A stretch of 64,000 bases of DNA from Candidatus Poribacteria bacterium. Lineage in GTDB: Bacteria > Poribacteria > WGA-4E > WGA-3G. Made by a program: the position numbers and the translations under genes. The DNA lies in the NCBI GenBank assembly GCA_965205015.1, contig OZ242029.1, forward strand, positions 448,001 through 512,000. Reading direction: 5' to 3'. Under the pieces are notes generated by a model. The model saw nothing but the letters and a program-made list of their open reading frames with translations. It had not been told where the DNA came from and did not search any database. Each line of letters starts with the position of its first letter. Position 1 is the stretch's first letter. This document shows positions 10,243-18,728 of the stretch, piece by piece.

Positions 10243-10818
10243 TTAAATTCCTATGCTACCGGCCTCTGTGAAAATGTGCTGAACCGGCACATCCCACGCC
10301 TGTGGGAACGTATCTTCTACAAGCTGTATCTCATACGCCAATCCGATCGCCACAGCGTGTGGGCACTTCACGAGAAATCGGTCGTAGAAACCTTTGCCGT
10401 ATCCGAGACGATACCCATTACGATCAAAAGCGACGCCGGGAACCACAATGAGTTGAAGGTGTCCGGTCGGAAAGATTGGGCATGCCTCGCTCGGTTCCAA
10501 CATACCGTAGGAATGACGGACTAACTCTGTTTTCAGATTTTGAATCCGTCGCGGTATAAGTGCCAGCTGTTCTGTATCTACAACAGGAGCGCAAACCTGT
10601 TTGCCTGAATCGAGTAACGCCTCAAGCAAACTGAGGGTTTCAACCTCGCTTCTCATATTCAGGTAGAGCATCACGGCGTCGAAACCCTCACGCCGTATCC
10701 AATCCGCAGCGGAATCAACGATACGCTGGCTGAGCCGTGTTCGCGCTTCTGGGGTGAGTGCCTCGCGACGGTGGAGTGTTTCCGCGCGGACGCGTTCCCG
10801 TTCGATCGCGGTCTTCAT
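10243..10818 (-). CDS. ygfA: 5-formyltetrahydrofolate cyclo-ligase
   Basis: VPGVAFDRNGYRLGYGKGFYDRFL signature. Confidence 0.93.
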   Translation of the reverse strand: MKTAIERERVRAETLHRREALTPEARTRLSQRIVDSAADWIRREGFDAVMLYLNMRSEVETLSLLEALLDSGKQVCAPVVDTEQLALIPRRIQNLKTELVRHSYGMLEPSEACPIFPTGHLQLIVVPGVAFDRNGYRLGYGKGFYDRFLVKCPHAVAIGLAYEIQLVEDTFPQAWDVPVQHIFTEAGSIGI

Positions 10819-10823
10819 CGTTT

Positions 10824-11111
10824 CTATTTCTGATACCGGACTTTTCCAGCAACTTCCACGGTATCAACAATCGCCATGATCACAGCGTCGACCGGTTTGT
10901 TGCCCGTCACTGCGGTTTGACGCGCCGAACTGCCGGTGGCAACGAGAACAATTTCGCCGATACCTGCCCCGACTGCATCCACAGCAACAGTATATTGCCG
11001 ATCAACCTCTCCGTTGAGATCCACATCTTGGACAACCATCAGTTTGCTCCCGATTAATTTCTCATCTTTCTGCGTCGCGACGATTGTCCCGGTAACTTTT
11101 CCCAGGGTCAT
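10824..11111 (-). CDS. eutN: Bacterial microcompartment vertex protein (EutN/CcmL, BMC-P)
   Basis: 95 aa; MTLGKVTGTIVATQK...VAVDAVGAGIGEIVLVATGSSAR...PVDAVIMAIVD. Confidence 0.93.
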   Translation of the reverse strand: MTLGKVTGTIVATQKDEKLIGSKLMVVQDVDLNGEVDRQYTVAVDAVGAGIGEIVLVATGSSARQTAVTGNKPVDAVIMAIVDTVEVAGKVRYQK

Positions 11112-11142
11112 TTAATAAATACCTTTCGTTTCAGTATAAGAA

Positions 11143-11165
11143 TCGCGAGTGAAACTCGCTCCTAC
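11143..11165 (-). repeat. GTAG-type REP-like palindrome
   Basis: Minus strand reads GTAG-GAGCGAGTTTCACTCGCGA. Confidence 0.55.
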
Positions 11166-11226
11166 AAGAAGAATTTCTTTCAGCATCACCGGATTTGAGA
11201 GCGTCTACTTTACAAGAGTCGTAGTA

Positions 11227-11255
11227 ATTATACACGGAATCTGCTGAAATTTCAA
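11227..11255 (-). promoter_or_regulatory. sigma70-type promoter for eutN-ygfA
   Basis: Minus strand TTGAAA-17 bp-TATAAT. Confidence 0.6.
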
Positions 11256-11341
11256 GCCTCAATCTATATTACCCAAAAAGTGCATCCGAAAATGTGTATA
11301 AGCGGTAGAACTGAAATGCCCATAGACCTCGGCAGGTGAAA

Positions 11342-11370
11342 TTGACAAACGATCGACAATGTGCTAAACT
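11342..11370 (+). promoter_or_regulatory. sigma70-type promoter for the glycine oxidase gene
   Basis: TTGACA-17 bp-TAAACT. Confidence 0.6.
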
Positions 11371-11415
11371 ATCTTTATAGTGTTGTTTCGATTCTCTGGT
11401 AAAGTGGAGGATAAC

Positions 11416-12534
11416 TTGAGCCGAAATCATGCCGATGTCATCATTATCGGTGCGGGCATTATCGGATGCAACATCGCCTACGATCTCGCCAAACGGAACG
11501 TGAAATCGTTAGTGATTGATAAAGCATCCGCCGTTGGAACAGAAGCCTCATGGGCAGGTGCAGGAATTTTAACCTCACACGCCTCAACAGATGCGCCGTA
11601 CCCAACCTTGTGTCGAGCGAGCCTTGCACGCTATCCGGCGTTAGCCGAAGAACTCCGAGCAGAAACCCTGATAGATATTGAGTTGATCCAATCCGGAACG
11701 CTGTCAGTATTCTTCAATCCAGCGGAAGCGGCAGGATTAATCGGTCTCGCAGATCGGCGTGTGAAACGCGGCTTCTCAACCGAAGTTCTGACGGCGGAAC
11801 AGGCATGGCAGTTGGAACCTGCGCTCTCAAAATCTATTGCCGGTGCTGTTCTGTTCCCCGAAGACGCGCAAGTCCGTAATCCGAAGATGGTGACCGCACT
11901 CGCCAAGGGTGCAGCAAAACTCGGGGCGCAATTTCAAGTGGGCAATCCTGTTGCCGATTTTATCCGAGTGAGTGAGGGCGATAGAGAGCACGTTGTCGGT
12001 GTCGTCGTTAACAGTGAAACCTATTACGCCGACACGTTCGTGATCGCAGCAGGCTGCTGGACAGGGACGCTTACGGCTCAACTGGATGTCCCAATTCAGG
12101 TTGAACCCGCGAAAGGCCAGATCGTCCTCGTTGAAGCGATGCCACCGCCGTTCGAGCGAACGATTGATGGACTTGGCATCTACATCGTACCGAGAGCCGA
12201 CGGTAAGATTCTACTCGGAGCGACGGTCGAATTTGTCGGTTATGACAAGACCGCCACTGTGGAGGGTGCTAAGCAGATGATCGACGCAGGAATTGCCATC
12301 GCGCCGCAACTCGCGCACAGTACTTTCGTGCAAACATGGGCAGGTTTACGGCCCCATGCCAAAAAAGGACCGCTTCTCGGTTACCTACCGGGGTATGACA
12401 ACGTCGTTTTGGCATCAGGGCATTTCAAAAATGGTATTCTCCTCGCGCCGATTACAGGACACCTTATCGCTGAACTGATCACCACAGGACAGACATCGTT
12501 GCCCTTGGAACCTTTTCAGCCAACGACGGTGTAA
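11416..12534 (+). CDS. thiO: FAD-dependent glycine oxidase (ThiO/DAO family)
   Basis: IIGAGIIG, ASWAGAGIL, WAGLRP and GHFKNGILLAP motifs. TTG start follows GGAGG. Confidence 0.82.
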   Translation: MSRNHADVIIIGAGIIGCNIAYDLAKRNVKSLVIDKASAVGTEASWAGAGILTSHASTDAPYPTLCRASLARYPALAEELRAETLIDIELIQSGTLSVFFNPAEAAGLIGLADRRVKRGFSTEVLTAEQAWQLEPALSKSIAGAVLFPEDAQVRNPKMVTALAKGAAKLGAQFQVGNPVADFIRVSEGDREHVVGVVVNSETYYADTFVIAAGCWTGTLTAQLDVPIQVEPAKGQIVLVEAMPPPFERTIDGLGIYIVPRADGKILLGATVEFVGYDKTATVEGAKQMIDAGIAIAPQLAHSTFVQTWAGLRPHAKKGPLLGYLPGYDNVVLASGHFKNGILLAPITGHLIAELITTGQTSLPLEPFQPTTV

Positions 12535-12632
12535 CGGACTATCTTTGCCTGTTTTGGAAACCCAATTTAAAGGTGTGAAATATTTTTTTAATTTTAAATG
12601 AATTGTTTCAAAATATATGGGTTAAACTTTAA

Positions 12633-12840
12633 GTCAGTGACCTCGCCCTAAAGGGCGAGGCTTGTGCGAAGCGTATACCAAACGTTCACTCCACAAGTTA
12701 AACCATTGACTACAGTAAACTATCGCAGTATCTTAGCGTGGTAGCCAGTGCTATGTTTCAGATGCTCCCCAAGTCTGATTCCTCTCCGATACTGTGATCT
12801 GGATGGGGCAATATACAACCCGTAAGGGAGATTACAAACT
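12633..12840 (+). ncRNA. IsrB omegaRNA scaffold (HEARO-like); guide expected immediately 5'
   Basis: Stems gtcagtg/cattgac (12633/12704), cttgtg/cacaag and atcgcagtatc/gatactgtgat; hairpin tcaga..tctga whose loop tgctcccca can pseudoknot with tggggca (12804). Confidence 0.8.
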
Positions 12841-12846
12841 CTGTTT

Positions 12847-13845
12847 GTGCCAGTCGTTGATCAAAACCAAAATCCACTGATGCCAACAACACCACAGCGT
12901 GCGGGAAAGTGGATAAAATCAGGAAAAGCCACACCCTTTTGGCGGAACGGTGTGTTTTGTGTCCGTCTGAATATAGAGCCTTCGGATAGATATAAGCAAG
13001 ATATTGCTGTCGGCGTAGACCCCGGCAGTAAGAAAGAGGGCTTTACTGTGAAGTCTGAGGCACACACGTATTTGAATGTGCAAGCGGACGCACACCATAA
13101 AGTCGGTCAGAAAATAAAAAAGCGTCATGAGTTGCGGAGAGGTCGACGTTCCCGTAAGTGTCCGAATCGGAAAAACCGAACCAATCGTCTTGCAAACAGA
13201 GAGCGTATCCCCGCAGGCACACGCGCAAGATGGGATTGGAAGTTGCGTATTCTTGACTATTTATCGAAACTCTATCCAATCACGCATGTGTGTGTTGAGG
13301 ATATAAAGGCACGGACGATACAGCGTGCGAAGAAGTGGAATCAGTCGTTTAGTCCTTTGGAAGTCGGTAAGCAGTGGTTTTACACTGAAGTCAAAAAGCG
13401 GTGGGAGCTCCTAACACTTCAAGGATGGGAAACAAAGGAGATACGCGATAGATTGGGTCTGAAGAAATCGTCTGATAAACTATCAGAAACATTCGATGCA
13501 CATTGTATTGATAGTTGGTGCTTAGCATATCAGACCATCGGCGGTAAATCCATTGTAGACAATACTTCAATCTTCTGTATATCGCCTATCCCTATACGCA
13601 GGCGGGAACTCCACCGTCAGAACCCACAGAAAGGTGGCAAGCGTCCCCGTTATGGGGGCACAAGGTGTCTTGGTATTCCGAAGAATACATTAGTGAAGCA
13701 TATCACAAAAGGACTCCTACGCGTTAGTGAATACCAAAAAGGTTGCTTGACCCTAAGTGAAATCCACAGTAGTAAACAAGTTATACTTAGGGCGAAACCA
13801 GACAGCTATAAGATTTTGAAAAAACTTAACTTTAGATATTCATAA
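12847..13845 (+). CDS. isrB: IsrB OMEGA RNA-guided nickase (PLMP, split RuvC, no HNH)
   Basis: 332 aa; N-terminal PLMP, RuvC-I VGVDPG, bridge helix RRGRRSR, RuvC-II VEDI, RuvC-III HCIDS; no HNH or CxxC insertion. The start could be the in-frame CTG at 12841. Confidence 0.88.
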   Translation: MPVVDQNQNPLMPTTPQRAGKWIKSGKATPFWRNGVFCVRLNIEPSDRYKQDIAVGVDPGSKKEGFTVKSEAHTYLNVQADAHHKVGQKIKKRHELRRGRRSRKCPNRKNRTNRLANRERIPAGTRARWDWKLRILDYLSKLYPITHVCVEDIKARTIQRAKKWNQSFSPLEVGKQWFYTEVKKRWELLTLQGWETKEIRDRLGLKKSSDKLSETFDAHCIDSWCLAYQTIGGKSIVDNTSIFCISPIPIRRRELHRQNPQKGGKRPRYGGTRCLGIPKNTLVKHITKGLLRVSEYQKGCLTLSEIHSSKQVILRAKPDSYKILKKLNFRYS

Positions 13846-13976
13846 AACAGCGTCTACATCTCCGCCCTAAAGGACGGAGTTTTGACGCTGAAGAATTGAT
13901 AATCTTTTTAATGATCGAAAAAGGGTATAAAACACTACCCTTATCTGACGAATAAACTTAGAAAGGAGTTTTCAAA

Positions 13977-14201
13977 ATGCGTCAGTACGTTTTGTGTTTA
14001 ACGGAGGCAATGCCTCACGCTGGAGATGAACGTGACAATTCTTTGGGGGATTGGATCTCCCTGAAGGCACGGGCATCTAAAATTGCCAATGCATGTCGTT
14101 ATTGGACGAAGACCCGATTATGGAGAAGGCACAGACCGAGGAGTGAACAAGCAGGCATCCTCCGTTACGGAACGGAAGGAGGGGTGCGCGCCTTCGCTTG
14201 A
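13977..14201 (+). CDS. Small 74-aa ORF immediately upstream of the ECF sigma gene
   Basis: Strong GAAAGGAG RBS 8 nt before the ATG; its TGA overlaps an in-frame TTG of the sigma ORF. Confidence 0.45.
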   Translation: MRQYVLCLTEAMPHAGDERDNSLGDWISLKARASKIANACRYWTKTRLWRRHRPRSEQAGILRYGTEGGVRAFA

Positions 14202-14227
14202 GAAACTCCTCTCTTGAGGAGACAAGC

Positions 14228-14818
14228 ATGTTACACACTGACGAACAGTTGATGCTCTCTGTGAAGGATGGAAACAGAGATGCATTCCGAATTTTAACCG
14301 AGCGGCATTATACAAACACTTTAAATTTTATCTATCGATTTGTCAAAAACCGGACGCTTGCGGAAGACCTCTGTCAAGAGACGTTCCTACGGGTGTGGCG
14401 CTGTGTGCCAACCTATCGCCCAATTGCGAAATTTAGAACGTTCCTCTATCACATCGCCAAAAACGTTTGTTTGAAACAGTTAGCGAAGGACCAGAGAACA
14501 CCGCAGATCGAATCTTTAGATGCACCCTATAGCGATGAAGATGAAAACTCTCACCCCGTTGCGGTTGCTGTCGCAGACACCAACTACTCTCCAGAGGCGC
14601 TGTTGATCGCCAAGGAGACTTACGAGGCAATTCAGGCAGCAATCAACAAACTGTCGCAAGAACATCAAGTCGTGTTTCGGCTGACAGAAGTTCAAGGATT
14701 GTCTTACCAAGAAGTTGCCGAGATCGTTCAATGTCCGATTGGCACTGTTGCCTCACGTAAAAACGCTGCGATTCGACAACTCCGGAAATTTTTGGCACCC
14801 TACAGGACCAGTTTATAA
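14228..14818 (+). CDS. ECF RNA polymerase sigma factor
   Basis: Region 2 AEDLCQETFLRVW...FRTFLYHIAKN; region 4 GLSYQEVAEIVQCPIGTVASR. Confidence 0.92.
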   Translation: MLHTDEQLMLSVKDGNRDAFRILTERHYTNTLNFIYRFVKNRTLAEDLCQETFLRVWRCVPTYRPIAKFRTFLYHIAKNVCLKQLAKDQRTPQIESLDAPYSDEDENSHPVAVAVADTNYSPEALLIAKETYEAIQAAINKLSQEHQVVFRLTEVQGLSYQEVAEIVQCPIGTVASRKNAAIRQLRKFLAPYRTSL

Positions 14819-14855
14819 TATATAGGTCCTTAGGCTTAAACATACAAACCCCCTT

Positions 14856-14895
14856 AGCACTCTGGCGTCCGGCTTCACGTCAGAGTGCTTTTTTT
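14856..14895 (+). terminator. Intrinsic terminator after the ECF sigma gene
   Basis: agcactctggcg...cgtcagagtgct followed by a T-run. Confidence 0.8.
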
Positions 14896-14957
14896 AGAGC
14901 GATACCCACGGAAGCGTTAACAATTAATTACATCTGTACATTATTCGCAACGGTGTA

Positions 14958-14986
14958 TTGATATTTAATGCTGCGCATTGTATAAT
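14958..14986 (+). promoter_or_regulatory. sigma70-type promoter
   Basis: TTGATA-17 bp-TATAAT. Confidence 0.6.
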
Positions 14987-15046
14987 GAGGGAATCAGAAT
15001 AGGTTGGTACTCCATCAGCGAAAAGACGGAATCTGGGGGTAAGACA

Positions 15047-15766
15047 ATGCAAAATAGACATGCCGAAGTGAAGGCACTCACATTTGATGTCTTCGGCACG
15101 GTTGTAGATTGGTACAGTTCCATTGTTGCTGAAGGCGAAAGGTTCGGGGACACCCACGGCATTGACATTGACTGGGCACAATTCGCCTTGAAATGGCGTG
15201 CTGGTTACGGTCCCGCGATGAACAGGGTTCGGCAAGGTGAATTGCCGTGGCAGAACATTGACGCACTGCATCGACGCATCTTGGACAGCCTCCTTGAGGC
15301 GTTTAACATTACAGGCTTGAGCGAAGCGGATAAAGACCACCTGAATCGAGTCTGGCATCGACTCAAACCGTGGCCCGATGCGGTCAGCGGCTTGGCACGG
15401 CTCCGCACGCGATATATCGTCGCGACCCTCTCCAACGGCAACGTTGCCTTGCTCACCAATATGGCAAAATTTGCGGGGCTACCGTGGGATTGTATCCTGT
15501 CTGCCGAGTTAACGGGGCATTACAAGCCGGATCCCGAAGTTTATCAAACCGCCGCCGCACTGCTCGGTTTGTCTCCCAATGAGGTCATGATGGTCGCCGC
15601 ACATCCGGGGGATCTCCGCGCCTCGCAAGCCGTCGGTTTCCAAACAGCGTTGGTGCCGCGACCTCTGGAGTACGGACCCGGCAGAGTTCAAGGCGTAAAT
15701 GCGCATCCCTCGGACCTCGTCGCCAGCGATTTTAATGAGTTGGCAGATTTGTTAGATATCGAATAA
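15047..15766 (+). CDS. Haloacid dehalogenase type II (HAD family)
   Basis: FDVFGTVVDW, LSNGN, YKPDP and MVAAH..DL motifs. Confidence 0.9.
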   Translation: MQNRHAEVKALTFDVFGTVVDWYSSIVAEGERFGDTHGIDIDWAQFALKWRAGYGPAMNRVRQGELPWQNIDALHRRILDSLLEAFNITGLSEADKDHLNRVWHRLKPWPDAVSGLARLRTRYIVATLSNGNVALLTNMAKFAGLPWDCILSAELTGHYKPDPEVYQTAAALLGLSPNEVMMVAAHPGDLRASQAVGFQTALVPRPLEYGPGRVQGVNAHPSDLVASDFNELADLLDIE

Positions 15767-15808
15767 GCGGCAGGAACGATCCCCTGAACTTAAATTGGAG
15801 AACACATT

Positions 15809-16828
15809 ATGGATAAAATCCGAATTGCTTTTATTGGCTGTGGTGGCATGTCATCGCAATTGCAACAGTGCATACCGATGGTGCCAGAATTTGAATTTGT
15901 CGCGACCTGTGATCTCGTGGAAGAGAAGGCAGCATCGAACGCCCGAAGGTTCGGTGCCCTTCGCCATTATACCGATTACAATGAGATGTTCAAAAACGAA
16001 GACCTCTACGCAGTGGCTGTCGTCGGTAGACCGGAGGACAAACTGCACCGCGACATCGGTATCGAGTGTCTCCAGCGCGGTTACCACATCTACACCGAAA
16101 AACCGCCTGCGACCACCGCTGAAGGCGCGAAGATGCTCGTCGATGCATCGGTTGAGAGCGGCAAAACGGGGATGGTCGGTACGATGTGGCGACACGCCCC
16201 TGCCCATCAGATTGCCAAACAGTTGATGGACGCAGCAGAATTCGGTGAAGCCTGCCAATATCATACCCGATATCTCGCCCCAAGTCCGCGTCTACAAGAG
16301 GCAGGGTCGCCGTTTGCTTGGCCCTTCATGCTCGATCAGGTGATTCATCCGACCGATTGTATGCGCTTCTTTATGGGACAGGTCAGTGAAGTCTTTGCCC
16401 TGGGAACAATTGATGCAACATCGAGCACGGTTTCAATGTCCGTGAACCTGCGTTATGAGAATGGCGGTATCGGTACAATGACGCTCGGCACTGGCCCGGT
16501 TTTAGAAGCCATGGTTTTCGCTAAAGGCACCGGTAATCAGGCGATCCAAGTGTTGGAGACACGCAGACTGCGCCGTTACCGTATGCCGACATGGCTCGAC
16601 GCGGGGGGTGGCTATGCCGACACACCTACCGAGGAATGGGACCTCAACACCGCATTCCATAGCATCGGTAGACCGGGTTATCTCGAAGAGATGCAGCATT
16701 GGGCAGCATCGCTGCAGGCGGGGACCCAACCCCACGCAAGCCTCGAAGATTCCTATCAGAACATGCGCGTTTTAGAGGCAATTAGCCACAGCATTGAAAC
16801 CCGTGAGGTCGTTCAAATTCCAGTGTAA
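15809..16828 (+). CDS. Gfo/Idh/MocA family oxidoreductase
   Basis: IAFIGCGGM and YTEKP motifs. Confidence 0.88.
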   Translation: MDKIRIAFIGCGGMSSQLQQCIPMVPEFEFVATCDLVEEKAASNARRFGALRHYTDYNEMFKNEDLYAVAVVGRPEDKLHRDIGIECLQRGYHIYTEKPPATTAEGAKMLVDASVESGKTGMVGTMWRHAPAHQIAKQLMDAAEFGEACQYHTRYLAPSPRLQEAGSPFAWPFMLDQVIHPTDCMRFFMGQVSEVFALGTIDATSSTVSMSVNLRYENGGIGTMTLGTGPVLEAMVFAKGTGNQAIQVLETRRLRRYRMPTWLDAGGGYADTPTEEWDLNTAFHSIGRPGYLEEMQHWAASLQAGTQPHASLEDSYQNMRVLEAISHSIETREVVQIPV

Positions 16829-16903
16829 CGTATAGCATAGACAGAGATTTAGTTCTTTCGTAACCTTGGTCCTTGAGCAAACTCTTTGTATTGGAGATAA
16901 ACA

Positions 16904-17110
16904 ATGAGACAAGTAGTTATTTACCCGGGCGAAGATGGCTATTGGATCGCCGAATGTCCCAGTTTGCCCGGTTGCATCAGTCAAGCTGAAACTAAACAAG
17001 AGGTGGTCAGCAGTATTAGAGAAGCAATTGAGGGTTATATTGTTGTGCTTAAAGAAGATGGACTGCCGGTTCCTGAAGAAAATTTTGAGGCATTGGTATT
17101 AGCCATATGA
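16904..17110 (+). CDS. hicB: HicB-family antitoxin (short form)
   Basis: YWIAECPSLPGCISQAET...IREAI...DGLPVP. Confidence 0.85.
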   Translation: MRQVVIYPGEDGYWIAECPSLPGCISQAETKQEVVSSIREAIEGYIVVLKEDGLPVPEENFEALVLAI

Positions 17111-17122
17111 GTGGAGGCAGAC

Positions 17123-17353
17123 ATGAAAAAATTAGACCGAATCCAGATTAATCCCAAAATTTGTCTTGGGCAACCTGTAGTTCGTGGGACCCGAATCACG
17201 GTAAGCGTAATTCTCAAATTATTAGCCAGTGGTCGGTCGGTTGAGGATGTTATTGAACTATATCCAGAACTGGAAGTTGCTGATATTCAGGAGGCAATGA
17301 AATACGCTGCTTGGATAGTTTCAGATCAACTTTTAGATACGCAAGGGCTGTAG
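17123..17353 (+). CDS. DUF433 family antitoxin
   Basis: NPKICLGQPVVRGTRITV...YPELEVADIQEAMKYA. Confidence 0.88.
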   Translation: MKKLDRIQINPKICLGQPVVRGTRITVSVILKLLASGRSVEDVIELYPELEVADIQEAMKYAAWIVSDQLLDTQGL

Positions 17354-17364
17354 TAGGGATTTGA

Positions 17365-17739
17365 ATGACCTCGATTCGCTTTCTCGTCGATATGAATCTT
17401 TCACCAAGAATAGTTACTGATCTGCGTCAGCAGGGCTGGGATATTCTTCGAGTTTCGCAAGTTTTACCTATGGATGCTCCAGACTCTGAAATCCTTGAAT
17501 TTGCTCGCCAACAAAACCGTGTGATCATTACTCAGGATTTGGACTTTTCCTCATTACTGGCGTTGGGCGGTTATGAAAAACCCAGTTTAATCACTTTTCG
17601 CTTATCTGTCCCTGATCCTGAAACAATTACGTGGAAATTATTGGAACTTTTATCTGATATTGAAGAAGAATTATTGGCAGGCTGTGCAGTAGTCATCGAT
17701 GATCGGAGGGTGCGGGTTCGTCGCCTGCCGATCTTGTAG
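17365..17739 (+). CDS. DUF5615 PIN-domain toxin
   Basis: FLVDMNLSP, DSEILEFA and IITQDLDF motifs; lies directly downstream of DUF433. Confidence 0.85.
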   Translation: MTSIRFLVDMNLSPRIVTDLRQQGWDILRVSQVLPMDAPDSEILEFARQQNRVIITQDLDFSSLLALGGYEKPSLITFRLSVPDPETITWKLLELLSDIEEELLAGCAVVIDDRRVRVRRLPIL

Positions 17740-17761
17740 GTTGAAACCCAGCAGAAACATT

Positions 17762-18658
17762 ATGAACTGGTCATCTCGTGTAAAACCTATCAAAATCCGT
17801 CAACTCTATCGGTATGCTCGACTTGGCATCTACGACGACACTTTACTACACGATGTAGGGTGGGAACTCTACGCTCGCTGTGTTGATATCGCTACAGTCG
17901 CCGACGTTTACCGAGGCGGACGTGTGCCGTGTCCGAAGTGTAGCACAAAGGTAACGCGCCGCATTGATCCACTCTTTAGTAGGGGTGAAGGTGGCACGCA
18001 CGAACACTGGTTTCGCTGCCCACACTGTACCGAGCGGCTGCTTTGGCGCGACTGCCGTCAGGCACTCCGAAACATCCCGCGATGTTTCGACTGTCGCACT
18101 GTTCTACAGAAAGAGGTTGTGTTGAGCTGCGCTTGTGGTAAAACATGGACCCAAGACGCTTATAAGCAATCGGTGAGAACCCGTGTCCTCTTACCCTGTC
18201 CGCACTGTTTTAATCTCGTCCGCAGACCAGATCCACCACCGATGGATCGAACTACCCAAAAACGACGATCCGAACCTGAGTTGCAATGTCCGAAGTGTCA
18301 AGGCATTGCAGTCCATCAGCACGGGAATATTGAATGTACAGTCTGTGGTTACAAACGTCGATGGCGGGATTACCGGAAGAGTTTAAAAAAGAAGGACGAG
18401 AAACTCGAATGCCCGAAGTGTCAACATGCCTTTAGATGGCAGGCGTGGCGTAAAAGCACCCGTTCACTCCGAACCGGCAATCCGAGACCCGCACGCGAAT
18501 TCGTTAAAAAGTGGCTCAGGTGCCGCACACCGCAACAGTGCATGATACAGATCGATACCCTACTTCAGACGCTGCACGGTAGGGGTCCGTTAGCACCCCT
18601 GTTTATTGACAGTGGTGAACACAACATCCGCCAGATGCTTGACGATCTGGCTTCATAA
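17762..18658 (+). CDS. Hypothetical multi-zinc-ribbon basic protein
   Basis: 298 aa with CPKC, CPHC, CFDC, CAC, CPHC, CPKC, CTVC and CPKC knuckles; Arg/Lys/Trp-rich. Confidence 0.75.
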   Translation: MNWSSRVKPIKIRQLYRYARLGIYDDTLLHDVGWELYARCVDIATVADVYRGGRVPCPKCSTKVTRRIDPLFSRGEGGTHEHWFRCPHCTERLLWRDCRQALRNIPRCFDCRTVLQKEVVLSCACGKTWTQDAYKQSVRTRVLLPCPHCFNLVRRPDPPPMDRTTQKRRSEPELQCPKCQGIAVHQHGNIECTVCGYKRRWRDYRKSLKKKDEKLECPKCQHAFRWQAWRKSTRSLRTGNPRPAREFVKKWLRCRTPQQCMIQIDTLLQTLHGRGPLAPLFIDSGEHNIRQMLDDLAS

Positions 18659-18728
18659 AGGTAAACCAAATCCAGAAATAAAATAAGCGATTGCTAATTG
18701 ATGAAATTAGCAACGCAGGAGGAACACC

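Larger units (their letters stand above)
12633..13898 (+). mobile_element. Non-autonomous IS200/IS605-superfamily element carrying omegaRNA and isrB
   Basis: The 5' end is GTCAGTGA plus hairpin cctcgccc-taaa-gggcgagg. The 3' end is the hairpin agcgtctacatctccgccctaaaggacggagttttgacgct followed by gaagaattg and flanking ATAAT. No tnpA and no target duplication. Confidence 0.85.

Noticed and set aside
11112-11340. 6S RNA, often found upstream of ygfA
   Set aside because: No long irregular hairpin with a central bubble is visible; the region holds a REP-like hairpin and promoters.
12847-13845. IscB or Cas9 assignment
   Set aside because: There is no HNH domain between RuvC-II and RuvC-III, and the length fits IsrB.
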